Source of the DNA: Gammaproteobacteria bacterium
GTDB lineage: Bacteria; Pseudomonadota; Gammaproteobacteria; GCA-001735895
Direction of reading: 5' to 3'
Assembly (NCBI GenBank): GCA_029862005.1
Contig: JAOTYD010000006.1
Location: forward strand, 5,758 to 69,757
Length of the DNA stretch: 64,000 bases
Shown: piece after piece, positions 18,718 to 28,869 of the stretch
Position numbering within the stretch: position 1 is the first letter of the stretch
How the letters are laid out: every line of letters begins with the position of its first letter
Translations under genes and position numbers: made by a program
The notes under the pieces: model-generated
Seen by the model: the letters and a program-made list of their open reading frames with translations, nothing else
The model's database searches: none
Told to the model about the DNA's origin: nothing

Positions 18718-20760
18718 TCAGTCGTTATTGTTGATCGAATTCGGCTTCGGCAGGTTCGCGAGCTGTTGTGTCAGGAAGTTGCTGGTCTGGTTGAACTGCG
18801 CAATCAGGGCGTCGAGTGCTGAAAACTGCCGTATCAGACGCGCTTCTAGCGCCAGTATCCTGTCCTCAAGCCTGATTCGATCATCTTCGATGTCTTCCAG
18901 GCTTTCGTTCAAGCCGGCTTCGCGACCGGCAATCGTGCCATCTGCCTTGAGAAAATTCTCCAGCAGGTCATCGAGCTTGCCTGCCAACCCCTTGGTCAGG
19001 GAAACGGTGCCACGATTGCCAAAACCACCTGTCAGAATTTCAACGGAGAGCCCCTTGCTCGGGCCGGAATCGCTGGTCACGATTTGTCCATTTACGGTTG
19101 CGCTTGCACCGTCTATCGTCGCCGCAATGCCGGTGTCGGTACCATCAACTCCAGTAGCTACCGCAAGTCCAAAGTCCGCGAAAGTGTTGGGGTCGACGTT
19201 GGTGATTTCGACCGTCGATGACGGTCCACTGCTGTCCGAGGTGATCACGTAGCGATCGTCAGTCGCGTCATAGGTTACCGTAACCGAGATGCCACCCGAC
19301 AACCTGCTGTTAATCCTGTTCTGCATCATGGTTGCGAACGCGGCCTCGTCAGCATAGGTACCACCGCTCAAATTGAAGTTTCCGGTGTCGTCCCCATCAA
19401 CCGTCAATCTGATTCGATTGTTGCCACCATTGACCGTCAGGCTGTTGACCGGGCCGGCCCCGATTAAATACCCCTGGGTAAACACCTGGGTCAGGTTGAT
19501 CGCATAGTCCCCCGGCTGGGTATCCGACGTCGACGACACGTAACCGATACCGGGATCCGTCGTCTTTCCCTGCAGCGTAAACAGCGCCTCCACCTCGGCA
19601 CCATAATCCAGCAGCGCATCCTTCAGCTTGGTCGAATCGACGTCCAGCGTACCGCCGGAGTTGGTGGTAATTCCGATGTCAACCAGTGATTTGATGTTAC
19701 CCTCCAGCCCGGAAATACTGCCGAACAGGATACTGCGAATCTGGCTACTGATGCCACGTACGGTAAAATCACCAATCAGGGCGCTGCCGGTAGCGGTCTC
19801 GGCATCGTAGGCGGTGAGCTCCTTTATATTTTTTGCCAACTCATTGTAGGCCTCTACGAACGCGTTTATCGAAGCGGTTACTTCGGCCCTATCCTCATTG
19901 ATATCGATAGTGACAATATTGCCGACATCCGCTTTCAGCAAGTCGAGCGTGACGCCATTAATCGCGCCGGTTATCGAATTTGTCTCACGGGTAATATCAA
20001 GACCATTGATCGTCAGCGTCGCATCCTGGGCAGCGACGGTTTGCGACAGGCTTACCTGGGCCGAGGCATTGAACGCCAGTTGCGACAATCCCAGATCATC
20101 GTTGTCGTTGCCGTCACCATCGCCAGTCACGGTCAGCTCCATGCTATTGGCAGCACCGGTATTTTCAGAGGTGAGTACCAGGCGGTAGCCATTAACTCCA
20201 TCGTCAATAATCGACGCCTGTACACCCAAATCATTGTCGTTAATGTAATCTCTCAGTCCGCTAACGGTGTCATTGCCATTGGTAGCATTGACCTCGATAA
20301 CCTGGGCTGGTTTGCTCAGGTCCGGGGTAAAGGAATAAGGCCCCGTGGTGGTGGTGCCGAACTGGATTGTCAGCGTGCCGCTGCCGATGACGTCATCGAC
20401 CGTGGCGAACGCGGTAGCGGCATTGCTGGCCAGCGATTGCGACTTGGCCAGTGCGGTTACCTCGACCGAGTAACTGCCGATATCGGCAAAACTTTCGACC
20501 GAAGAGGAAAATACCGAGCTATCGGAGGCGGTAATTGCCTTCGCATTAAACGCCGTTGACGATTGCAGCCCACCGAGGCTGCTCTGAAACTGTGCCAGCG
20601 AACTGCGCAACAGTCCAAAAGCCGACAGCTCGGTCGTCAGGGTTTGTTGCTTCAGGTTGAGGCGATTTTCGACGGGCGCGCGCTCGGCTTCGATCAGTCC
20701 CGAAACCAGCGTTCCGAGATCCAGCCCGGAACCGACACCCAGTGAAGTAATTGCCGCCAT
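18718..20760 (-). CDS. fliD: Flagellar filament cap protein FliD
   Basis: A 680-aa product. The N-terminal (TSLGVGSGLDLGTLV…) and C-terminal FliD domains are present. Long for the family. Confidence 0.88.
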   Translation of the reverse strand: MAAITSLGVGSGLDLGTLVSGLIEAERAPVENRLNLKQQTLTTELSAFGLLRSSLAQFQSSLGGLQSSTAFNAKAITASDSSVFSSSVESFADIGSYSVEVTALAKSQSLASNAATAFATVDDVIGSGTLTIQFGTTTTGPYSFTPDLSKPAQVIEVNATNGNDTVSGLRDYINDNDLGVQASIIDDGVNGYRLVLTSENTGAANSMELTVTGDGDGNDNDDLGLSQLAFNASAQVSLSQTVAAQDATLTINGLDITRETNSITGAINGVTLDLLKADVGNIVTIDINEDRAEVTASINAFVEAYNELAKNIKELTAYDAETATGSALIGDFTVRGISSQIRSILFGSISGLEGNIKSLVDIGITTNSGGTLDVDSTKLKDALLDYGAEVEALFTLQGKTTDPGIGYVSSTSDTQPGDYAINLTQVFTQGYLIGAGPVNSLTVNGGNNRIRLTVDGDDTGNFNLSGGTYADEAAFATMMQNRINSRLSGGISVTVTYDATDDRYVITSDSSGPSSTVEITNVDPNTFADFGLAVATGVDGTDTGIAATIDGASATVNGQIVTSDSGPSKGLSVEILTGGFGNRGTVSLTKGLAGKLDDLLENFLKADGTIAGREAGLNESLEDIEDDRIRLEDRILALEARLIRQFSALDALIAQFNQTSNFLTQQLANLPKPNSINNND

Positions 20761-20831
20761 ATGTTGCTACCTACATCACAAATTTTACAATCCAGGACCA
20801 GGTTTTGAGGCTGGTCCCTTAATCAGAAAAT

Positions 20832-20861
20832 GAGAAGGGACAGTATCAACTCCCCCTTCTC
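20832..20861 (-). terminator. Possible hairpin terminator or attenuator 3' of flaG
   Basis: An 8-bp stem (GAGAAGGG…CCCTTCTC) is followed by a U-rich tract on the minus strand. Confidence 0.3.
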
Positions 20862-20904
20862 ATGTATGCCTTAAATATTTACAGCAAGAAACAGACCAGA
20901 TTTA

Positions 20905-21318
20905 CTAGGTACTATCGGAAAACAGTAATCCCTGCCCTATTTCACTTTGACTCACTGCATCTTCCTGAAATTCACGAAGCTGCGACGCGATTGCCAGTAC
21001 TTCCTCAGTCGGAATCTGTCGAATTAATTCTCCACTTTCCGTATCAACGACCCGAATTACGTATTTACCGCTGCCCTCATCCATGTTGAACGACAAATCC
21101 CGCTGTACACTTTGTACGATCTCGTTGATCTCGCTAACCGCCTGGCGAACCTCGGCGGTATTTGCAGCCTGTGGCGGTTGTTCTTTACCGTTAATCGGCA
21201 AAGCCTGGCCACCATTATCTGGCAAACTGGCTACGTCAGTCGTCGCGACCTGCCGTGAGTTCGTAGCTGCGCCGCTCAATCCCCTGAGTGACGCTATGCT
21301 TGAAATCTCGTTAGCCAT
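20905..21318 (-). CDS. flaG: Flagellar protein FlaG
   Basis: A 137-aa protein with the FlaG family C-terminus (GKYVIRVVDTESGELIRQIPTEEVL). Confidence 0.85.
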   Translation of the reverse strand: MANEISSIASLRGLSGAATNSRQVATTDVASLPDNGGQALPINGKEQPPQAANTAEVRQAVSEINEIVQSVQRDLSFNMDEGSGKYVIRVVDTESGELIRQIPTEEVLAIASQLREFQEDAVSQSEIGQGLLFSDST

Positions 21319-21336
21319 GTTAATTCTCCGCTTTAA

Positions 21337-21360
21337 GAGATGACTGGCATGAGATCATGC
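21337..21360 (-). terminator. Stem-loop between the flagellin and flaG genes (terminator or attenuator)
   Basis: A perfect 11-bp palindrome (GACTGGCATGA-u-CAUGCCAGUC) lies immediately 3' of the flagellin stop. The U-tract is weak. Confidence 0.4.
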
Positions 21361-21379
21361 CAGTCACTCATTCACCTGA

Positions 21380-22750
21380 TTACTGAAGTAAAGCCAGGAC
21401 GTTCTGCGGTAAGGCATTGGCTTGCGACAGAATCGCAATACCGGCCTGCTGCAGGATCTGGCTCCGCGTCAGCTCGGCGGTCTCAGCCGCGAAGTCCGCA
21501 TCACGGATCCGTGAACGCGCTGCCGACAGGTTCTCGGAAGTCACGCTCAGGTTGGAGATGGTAGACTCGAAACGGGTCTGTACCGCACCCAGTTCTGCAC
21601 GAAGACCACTCACCTGCTGTAAAGCAAAGTCAAGCGTCAGCAAAGCCTTATTTGCGTTAGCACCGGTCAAAACATCGGTATTAGTAAGCTGTTGATCTAT
21701 CTGAGCAGCAGTACTAAACGTCACAGCAGTACCTGCTCCACTACCATCATCATCAAGTGTTGCAAACGTGCCAGCAGCGGAAAATGCACCTTCTGAGACT
21801 GCGCCTGCTAAAATAATGCCTGAGTGATAAACTTCATCACCCCCAAAGGTACCTGTGCCTTCAACAATTGTTATATCTGAACCATCTGTATTACTCAGAA
21901 TAACACCGCCACCACCATCAACAACGGCGGTTACACCCGTTTGGTTTGATAACGAGTTTAGTGTTGCTGCATCGGTTGCATCCACACCTGTCAAAGTAAC
22001 TTGCACACCATTGACAGTTACAGTACCTAGACCAACGGCAAGAGCACCAGTAGCAGTTGTAGTTGCCTTAAGCGCCTGCACACCTGAATTAGCACTTACT
22101 GCATTAATTGCTGATACAACATCATTAATGGTTGTTGCAGTGGTTAAATCAATACTTGTCCCGTTAATTATATGATCAGTTGCTGCAACAGCCAGTGCTA
22201 AATTTGTTTCAGTGATCGAGGTAGTTGTCAAAACACGTGCGCCTAACTGAGAAGTCCGTGAATCAACACCATCAACCTGGATTGTTTGGTTCTGGTTAGC
22301 GCCAACCTGGAAGGTCAGTGTCGACAATGTGCCATCGAGGATGTTCTGACCGTTGAACTGGGTTGCATTCGCGATTCGATTCACCTCCGCGATCAGCTGA
22401 CCCACCTCATTATTCAGTGCCTGACGGTCTGCCGACGAGTTAGTATCGTTGATCGACTGGACTGCCAGTTCGCGAATACGCTGCAGCGAGTCACCGGTAG
22501 TACTCAAAGCACCTTCCGCAGTTTGCGCAAACGAAACACCATCGTTGGCATTTCTGATTGCTTGATTCAAACCCCGAATCTGGGTAGTGAAGCGTTCTGA
22601 AATCGCAAGACCTGCTGCATCATCTTTTGCACTGTTGATGCGCAGACCTGTTGACAAACGCTGTAGCGAAGTAGCCAGGCTACTCTGCGAACCGTTCAGG
22701 TTCCGCTGCGCCGTTAACGACGCAATGTTTGTGTTAATAATCTGAGGCAT
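21380..22750 (-). CDS. fliC: Flagellin
   Basis: A 456-aa protein with the conserved flagellin N-terminus (IINTNIASLTAQRNLNGSQSSLATSLQRLSTGLRINSAKDDAAGLAI) and C-terminus (LSQANALPQNVLALLQ). Confidence 0.95.
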   Translation of the reverse strand: MPQIINTNIASLTAQRNLNGSQSSLATSLQRLSTGLRINSAKDDAAGLAISERFTTQIRGLNQAIRNANDGVSFAQTAEGALSTTGDSLQRIRELAVQSINDTNSSADRQALNNEVGQLIAEVNRIANATQFNGQNILDGTLSTLTFQVGANQNQTIQVDGVDSRTSQLGARVLTTTSITETNLALAVAATDHIINGTSIDLTTATTINDVVSAINAVSANSGVQALKATTTATGALAVGLGTVTVNGVQVTLTGVDATDAATLNSLSNQTGVTAVVDGGGGVILSNTDGSDITIVEGTGTFGGDEVYHSGIILAGAVSEGAFSAAGTFATLDDDGSGAGTAVTFSTAAQIDQQLTNTDVLTGANANKALLTLDFALQQVSGLRAELGAVQTRFESTISNLSVTSENLSAARSRIRDADFAAETAELTRSQILQQAGIAILSQANALPQNVLALLQ

Positions 22751-22835
22751 TTTTTCTCTCCTAAGTCACGCTTCAACAAGCGCCAAATTTAAGTTACGGA
22801 CAATCCGAGAGCTATATGGATTAACCGCTCAAGGG

Positions 22836-22865
22836 CTTTAGCGGCCAAAAGAGAATAAACTTTAA
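22836..22865 (-). promoter_or_regulatory. Sigma-28 (FliA) promoter for flagellin
   Basis: On the minus strand the sequence is TAAAGTTT-N11-GCCGCTAA, against the consensus TAAAGTTT-N11-GCCGATAA. It lies about 80 nt upstream of the ATG. Confidence 0.7.
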
Positions 22866-22876
22866 GAAATTTTTGG

Positions 22877-24076
22877 TTATTTGAGGAAGTTAAACAGCGA
22901 GGAACTGGTAATCCTTGCAAACACGGCCTGCGCGGCGTCGAGCGTGGTCTGTTCGAGGGTTAGCTGGCTGATCGCCTCGGCGAGGTCGGTATCGCGCAGG
23001 GTACTCAGCATGGATCGCGTGACAAAAACCTGCGCCTCGTTATCTTCGCGCTGGGCTTCGAGGGCATTGAGCCTGCCCCCAATGCGGGTACGGGCATTGA
23101 GAGAATTTTCGAACGCGCTATCGAGATCGGCCAGCGACTGACCGATATTGGCAGCCCTGGCGTCGGCGGTCGGAGCGGATTTCAACGTCTCTGACAGGCT
23201 CGCGACAATTGAAAAGACATCCTGGAATTGCCCGGCACTGACGGTAAACACGTCACCCGCGGCAGGCGCACCGGTAATCGAGGTCCTGATTCCCTGGAAG
23301 TTAATGTCCTGACCGTCGGTATAGGTAGCGCCGGTGACGATGTTAACGGCAGCGGTGACATCGAAGACATCATAAACGCCCGGTGCGGTAAAGCGGATTT
23401 CGTAATCACCGGGTACGTAAAGCGAATTATCGACGACGCTGGCCGGTGCGATAATGCCGGTTCCAAGGTTCGCGGGGTCCGGAATTTCGCGCAGTGCGTT
23501 GGCAGAAGTTACTTCCATAAAGATTTCACGCCCGGGTATATCGACCGGAAGCTGCCGATTCTGACTGATCTGAACCGACCGGACACCGTCATCGCCATTG
23601 AAATTTACGAAATCTCTAGATCCGATCACCGCTTTCGTAAATGGGGCACTGTCGTTCTGATATCCCGCAAAAAGGTAATCGCCGTTACTGTCGATCGTAT
23701 TTGCCAACGACAGCAGCTCGTTAAGGCGCTCGTCGATCTCTGCCGCAATGGCGTTTCGTGACGTCTGATCAAGCGGTGCATTGTTGGCCTGGATCGCCAG
23801 CTCACGCACCCGGATCAGCAGGTTGTCAAAATTTGCCAGCACCGCATCCTGCTGGTTCAGGCGCTGCTCCGCAAGATTGATGTTTGACTGGTACTGCAGG
23901 TTCAGCGAAACGGTCTGCTCCAGCTCGAGCACCTTCGATGCGGCGGCCGGATCGTCAGATGGTTTGCTCAGGCGAATCCCGGTCGAGATCTGCTGCTGTA
24001 GCTTGGCCAGCTTCACCTGCTGTTGCTGAAAGGCTTCCAGGCCCTGGGTATATATTTGTCGTGTTGAAATTCTCAT
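22877..24076 (-). CDS. flgL: Hook-filament junction protein FlgL (HAP3)
   Basis: A 399-aa protein with a flagellin-like N-terminus, located after flgK. Confidence 0.88.
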   Translation of the reverse strand: MRISTRQIYTQGLEAFQQQQVKLAKLQQQISTGIRLSKPSDDPAAASKVLELEQTVSLNLQYQSNINLAEQRLNQQDAVLANFDNLLIRVRELAIQANNAPLDQTSRNAIAAEIDERLNELLSLANTIDSNGDYLFAGYQNDSAPFTKAVIGSRDFVNFNGDDGVRSVQISQNRQLPVDIPGREIFMEVTSANALREIPDPANLGTGIIAPASVVDNSLYVPGDYEIRFTAPGVYDVFDVTAAVNIVTGATYTDGQDINFQGIRTSITGAPAAGDVFTVSAGQFQDVFSIVASLSETLKSAPTADARAANIGQSLADLDSAFENSLNARTRIGGRLNALEAQREDNEAQVFVTRSMLSTLRDTDLAEAISQLTLEQTTLDAAQAVFARITSSSLFNFLK

Positions 24077-24078
24077 GC

Positions 24079-26001
24079 TTATCTTACGCTATCCAGCAGT
24101 GTTTCAAAGATAACCTGGGCGGTACTGATAAGACGGGCCGTTGCTTCGTAGGCCTGTTGATAACGCACCAGGTCAGCAGCTTCTTCGTCCAAATTGACCG
24201 AAGCTTTAGAAGCTTGTCGATCGACCGCCTGGAAAAGCAGTGCCTGCTGGGCATCCCGTTCCAGGTTTGCGGCAAGCGTCTGAGAACCGACGAAACCAAC
24301 CAGCGAGCCGTAGGTTTCCTGAAAACTGGCAATGCCACCATCGAAAACACCGGCATTCTGCAGGTTGGCGAGGTTTAGCGCATTGCGATTGTCGCCGCTA
24401 CCGCCCAGGTTGGCTTCAACCGTAAAGATATCGCCCGCCTGGGGGGCACCGTTCAGGCTGACCTGCCAGCCATTCGAATCGATCACCATGTTGTTGCTGA
24501 ACGGAATCGCCGCGCCGGCCACGTAAGGCACTCCGGCGACAACGACGTCGGCATCGGCACGCAGCGTGGTCGGCGGATTATCGAACGTCAGCGTGACGGT
24601 ATTAAGCAGGTTGGCATTGGTAACATCGGTAACGATACCGGGGCTGATGTCAGCACTGCCGAGGTTGTTCAGTGATGCACTGCTGCGAATCGGCAGCGCC
24701 GCGGCAATGGCAGTGGGATCGGTGGTAATCACCTGCAGGCTCCCGGCGCCGGCCAGGGTTGGCTTGATCGTAAACCGGTCACCCGCAACCGCCGTGGCGC
24801 CGTTAATTGTCAACGTTATTCCCTCGAAAACCAGCGTAGCCGGGGCGCCGTTGGCAACGCTGGCACTGCTGCCACTATCCGAGGTCAGGGTCCAGTTCAC
24901 ACCATCGAAGGCGAGTTGATAGTCGTCCGTGGTCAGGGCACTAACGTCGCTGACGACGGTTGATACCGTTGGCGTTCCCGCATTCGTCGAATAGGCGATG
25001 GATTGCGGCGCCGTGTAGCTGAAAAAGTCCTGCCCGAGATTACCATTCAAATCCATACCGTCGCGCATCTGCGCATTAAAGGTTTCGGCAAGCCCGATCG
25101 CGGTGCGACCCAGGGCGTTGAAGGTCGGGTCAAGCACACCGTCACGGAAATCAAGCAGACCCCCGAGCTCGCCACCGGACAGGTTGGCGCTGATATCGTA
25201 AACCGTAATCAACCCGTTATAGGCGATCACGTCGCGGGTCGGGTCGCTGACGTCGGGCTGCGTACTCAGGGAAAAACTGGTGACCCCGTTAAGCATGGTT
25301 TGACCGTTACCGAGAAATATAGACAGGTTATTTTCGCGCTCGTCGACCACGGTAATATTGACCTTCTCGGAAAGTTCGTTCAGCAGTGCATCTCGCCGAT
25401 CAAGCAGGTCCGCGGCCTGTTGCGTCGAAGCAGCTGAAGGCGCTAAATCATTAAGGCTGACGTTGATATCTCGAATCCGGGTAACCAGCGAATTGATTTC
25501 GTCAACGACATTACGAATTTCACCTGTCGTGTTGCGTTCGAGTTCCTCGAAGCGGTTGTTGATACTCTGAAACCGGCCAGCCAGGGTTTGCGCCGTGTTG
25601 ATCAGGGCATAACGTGCCGTACTCGAGGCCGGGTCATCGGCAATATCCTGTACCGACTCGAAAAAATCATGCAGTATCGGGCTGATACCCCCGTTGGGAT
25701 CAGCCAGTACATCGTCGACACGCGAGGCCAGCTCGCTAAACTGGGCCACGCGTGCATAAGCCGACGTCGTGTCGCGTACCTCGCGCGTCAGGAATTGATC
25801 GTAGGCGCGGCTAATCCCCTCGATCTGCACCCCGTTACCGTAGAAATTACCGCCAAAAAATGACGGATTGTTGGTGCCGAACTCGACGGTTTGACGGCTA
25901 TAGCCCGGCGTATTGACATTGGCAATGTTGTGGCTCGTGGTGTTGAGCGCTCGCTGAAACGACAGTAAACCGCTCACCGCGGTATTGAGAATATCAGGCA
26001 T
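24079..26001 (-). CDS. flgK: Hook-filament junction protein FlgK (HAP1)
   Basis: A 640-aa protein. The N-terminal rod/hook family motif SGLLSFQRALNTTSHNIANVNTPGYSRQ is present. Confidence 0.9.
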   Translation of the reverse strand: MPDILNTAVSGLLSFQRALNTTSHNIANVNTPGYSRQTVEFGTNNPSFFGGNFYGNGVQIEGISRAYDQFLTREVRDTTSAYARVAQFSELASRVDDVLADPNGGISPILHDFFESVQDIADDPASSTARYALINTAQTLAGRFQSINNRFEELERNTTGEIRNVVDEINSLVTRIRDINVSLNDLAPSAASTQQAADLLDRRDALLNELSEKVNITVVDERENNLSIFLGNGQTMLNGVTSFSLSTQPDVSDPTRDVIAYNGLITVYDISANLSGGELGGLLDFRDGVLDPTFNALGRTAIGLAETFNAQMRDGMDLNGNLGQDFFSYTAPQSIAYSTNAGTPTVSTVVSDVSALTTDDYQLAFDGVNWTLTSDSGSSASVANGAPATLVFEGITLTINGATAVAGDRFTIKPTLAGAGSLQVITTDPTAIAAALPIRSSASLNNLGSADISPGIVTDVTNANLLNTVTLTFDNPPTTLRADADVVVAGVPYVAGAAIPFSNNMVIDSNGWQVSLNGAPQAGDIFTVEANLGGSGDNRNALNLANLQNAGVFDGGIASFQETYGSLVGFVGSQTLAANLERDAQQALLFQAVDRQASKASVNLDEEAADLVRYQQAYEATARLISTAQVIFETLLDSVR

Positions 26002-27046
26002 GGTCCTTCACCTCCGCGTTGAGTCTGGCGAGCGATCGTTGCATTACCTCGCCATTGAGAATGTTCAGTACCTTGTCAGCATATTGCGGGTCGGTCGCGT
26101 ACCCGGCTTTGTGGATCTCGCGGATGTAGGCCTGATCGTCGCCCGCCTGCTCTAGTGCCTGGCGGTAACGGGGATTGGTACGGATAAATTCAACGTAATC
26201 AGCAAAGCTTTGCGCGGGCGAGGCGTAAACCCGGAAGCTCGATACCTGGTTTTGCAGGACGCCATCCCGGAACTCCAGCGATGCCTTTTGTAACGAACTT
26301 CCCTGCCATTCGGGCCCTGCCTTGATGCCAAAAAGGTTGTTGCTGCTGCCGCCGTCGGCCAGCTTCATCGCGTACTTGCCCCAGCCTGTCTCCAGTGCCG
26401 ACTGCGCAATTAACAATCGGGCGCTGACGCCCAGGGTATCGGCGGCAAGCTGTGCCTGCGGTAGAATATCGGCAATATAATTATCCGGATTCTGCCAACG
26501 ACTGTTGGCTCGCTCGATACGTGAGACCTCGGCGAAATCATCATTCACTACCCTGCTGGTGCGTACGGTTGATGTTTCAGTCGCGGTCTCGATGGGTGCC
26601 CTGGCCGGATTGACATTCGCATCCAGGACAACTGGCGTCTTCTCCACTGCCGTATCTGGATCCAGCGACACGGCCGTCACCCTGGGTAGATCCAGGTCGA
26701 GAACAGTCGCGGTCTTGGCCGGTTCTGTCCCGTCAGCCGGTATATTTTCGTTGCCTGGCATATTTTGCAGAATCAATTTAGCAACACCGAGACCACCCTG
26801 TTTGGCGATACTTTGTGCCAGCTGTTTGTCGTACATTTCCTGGTAAAAATCCATGTAAGAGCTGTCCTGGGACGTATCGAGGTTCGCTGCCGAGCGCATC
26901 GCTGCCAGCATCTGCTGCACGAACAAACCCTCGAATTGCTGTGCGACCGCCTGCCCGGCGTCATCAGAATTGTTGCGAGCACGCAGTTTCATATCACCAA
27001 ACTGCTGAAAATTAAGGAAGAATTCCGCCTTGCTGGGAATCGACAT
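25994..27046 (-). CDS. flgJ: Rod assembly protein/peptidoglycan hydrolase FlgJ
   Basis: A 350-aa protein with an N-terminal rod-binding domain and a C-terminal glucosaminidase domain. Confidence 0.88.
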   Translation of the reverse strand: MSIPSKAEFFLNFQQFGDMKLRARNNSDDAGQAVAQQFEGLFVQQMLAAMRSAANLDTSQDSSYMDFYQEMYDKQLAQSIAKQGGLGVAKLILQNMPGNENIPADGTEPAKTATVLDLDLPRVTAVSLDPDTAVEKTPVVLDANVNPARAPIETATETSTVRTSRVVNDDFAEVSRIERANSRWQNPDNYIADILPQAQLAADTLGVSARLLIAQSALETGWGKYAMKLADGGSSNNLFGIKAGPEWQGSSLQKASLEFRDGVLQNQVSSFRVYASPAQSFADYVEFIRTNPRYRQALEQAGDDQAYIREIHKAGYATDPQYADKVLNILNGEVMQRSLARLNAEVKDHA

Positions 27047-27058
27047 GAACGTTTCCGC

Positions 27059-28162
27059 CTATATTACGATCAGCTCGGCGCTCAATGCCCCAACCTGTTT
27101 AAGCGATTCCAGGATCGCAACCAGGTCACCCGGCGAAGCACCCACCTGATTTACGGCACGCACGATTTCGCTCAGGGTCACACCCCTGGGAAAGCGGAAC
27201 ATGCGGCTATCCTCGGCGGTAACCTCGATGTCGGACTGCACATTTTCAGTCGTGGTGCCGCCACTGAACGGACCCGGTTGTTCAACGTCTACCGTGTTGG
27301 TAATCGTTACAGACAGGTTGCCGTGCGACACCGCGGCCGAGTAAACCTTGACGTGATTTCCGATGACAACCGTCCCCGAGCGCGAATTGATAATCACCTT
27401 GGCTGGCCCCTCACCCGGCTGAAATTCGAGGTTTTCGATGAAGGACATGAAGCCAACGCGTTGCGAGACATCCCTGGGCGCGTTAATCGTGATTTCAACG
27501 CTATCCTTGGCGCGCGCATTGTTGGGTCCGAGAATCTGGTTAATGGTATCGGCAAGACGCTTGGCGGTCGTAAAGTCCGGGCGTTTCAAATGCAGGGTGA
27601 GTTTTTCACTCGATGCAAATGGATTCCTGATTTCACGTTCGATGCTGCCACCGCCGGGGATTCGACCCACGCTCGGTACGTTAATCGTTATCGAGGACCC
27701 ATCGGCACCCTCAACACCGAGGCCACCGACGATCAGGTTGCCCTGGGCGAGCGCATAGATATTGCCATCGGCACCTTTCAGCGGCGTCATCAACAAGCTG
27801 CCGCCGCGCAAACTCTTGGCGTTACCCAGCGATGACACGGTGACATCGATGGTTTGACCAATTTTTGCAAATGCCGGCAAATCCGCGTGCACCGACACCG
27901 CCGCAACGTTCTTCACCTTAGGATTCACATCGGGCGGCAAGACAATCCCGTACTGCGACAGGAAGTTTTTCAAACTCTGTACCGTGAACGGGGCCTGTGA
28001 AGTCTGGTCTCCCGACCCATCGAGACCCACGACCAGGCCATAGCCAACTAGCTGGTTATCTCGAACGCCCTTGATCGAAGTGACGTCCTTGATGCGCTCG
28101 GCCCAGGCGTTTTCTAAAAAACCTATAAATATCAGTAAGATAAATAACCTTGCAAGCTTCAT
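27059..28162 (-). CDS. flgI: Flagellar P-ring protein FlgI
   Basis: A 367-aa protein with a signal peptide and a conserved FlgI core. Confidence 0.93.
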   Translation of the reverse strand: MKLARLFILLIFIGFLENAWAERIKDVTSIKGVRDNQLVGYGLVVGLDGSGDQTSQAPFTVQSLKNFLSQYGIVLPPDVNPKVKNVAAVSVHADLPAFAKIGQTIDVTVSSLGNAKSLRGGSLLMTPLKGADGNIYALAQGNLIVGGLGVEGADGSSITINVPSVGRIPGGGSIEREIRNPFASSEKLTLHLKRPDFTTAKRLADTINQILGPNNARAKDSVEITINAPRDVSQRVGFMSFIENLEFQPGEGPAKVIINSRSGTVVIGNHVKVYSAAVSHGNLSVTITNTVDVEQPGPFSGGTTTENVQSDIEVTAEDSRMFRFPRGVTLSEIVRAVNQVGASPGDLVAILESLKQVGALSAELIVI

Positions 28163-28171
28163 ATCAAACTC

Positions 28172-28861
28172 CTAGAGTGGGAATACCGGGCTGTCGAAAA
28201 AGCGTGACAACCAGCCCCTGGTATTAGATTCGGCAATGACGCCACCCCCACCGTAGTAAATACGCGAGTTCGCCACCTTGCTAGAAACCACGATATTGTC
28301 GGTGCTGACGTCTTGCGGGCGCACGATACCCGAGATGCGGATGAATTCTGATCCCTGGTTCAAGCCTATAATTTTTTCGCCGCGCACCAGCAGGTTGCCA
28401 TTGGGCAGTACATCGACCACGGTAACCGCGATCTCACCGCGCAAGCTGTTACTCTGGGCACTATCCCCACTGCCGGAAAATGCCCGTTCCGTGTCGATTT
28501 GATTGGTCAATGCCAGGTTGCCATCAATGGTAGGCCCGGTGCTGCCGAAGATCGCAGACGCGCTGATATCGATTTCGTCATCCTTGTCGGTACTGGTTTC
28601 CGCCGACTTGGAGGCATTGGTTGACTCCATCAGGGTCACGCTGAGCACATCACCAATGCGAAACGCTTTATTGTCTTCGAATAGTCGAACAGAACGTCCC
28701 GACTGGAAAATAGAACCGTTTTCCAGGGGCTTGAATTCGATTGAATTCAGATCCACCGGCGCGTACTGCGGATCAGGCTGAACCACTATCCTGGTCTGTG
28801 CGCAACCCGCTGCGAGGCTAATTAGTAATAGTGAGTATACTAATCTGGCTATACGGCTCAT
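28172..28861 (-). CDS. flgH: Flagellar L-ring lipoprotein FlgH
   Basis: A 229-aa protein with a lipoprotein signal (LAAGC) and FlgH family sequence. Confidence 0.92.
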   Translation of the reverse strand: MSRIARLVYSLLLISLAAGCAQTRIVVQPDPQYAPVDLNSIEFKPLENGSIFQSGRSVRLFEDNKAFRIGDVLSVTLMESTNASKSAETSTDKDDEIDISASAIFGSTGPTIDGNLALTNQIDTERAFSGSGDSAQSNSLRGEIAVTVVDVLPNGNLLVRGEKIIGLNQGSEFIRISGIVRPQDVSTDNIVVSSKVANSRIYYGGGGVIAESNTRGWLSRFFDSPVFPL

Positions 28862-28869
28862 CGCGTCAC

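Noticed and set aside
20761-20904. A search for a sigma-54 or sigma-28 promoter upstream of fliD.
   Set aside because: No acceptable GG-N10-GC or TAAAG-N15-GCCGATAA match was found. Only a hairpin is present, reported above as a possible flaG terminator.
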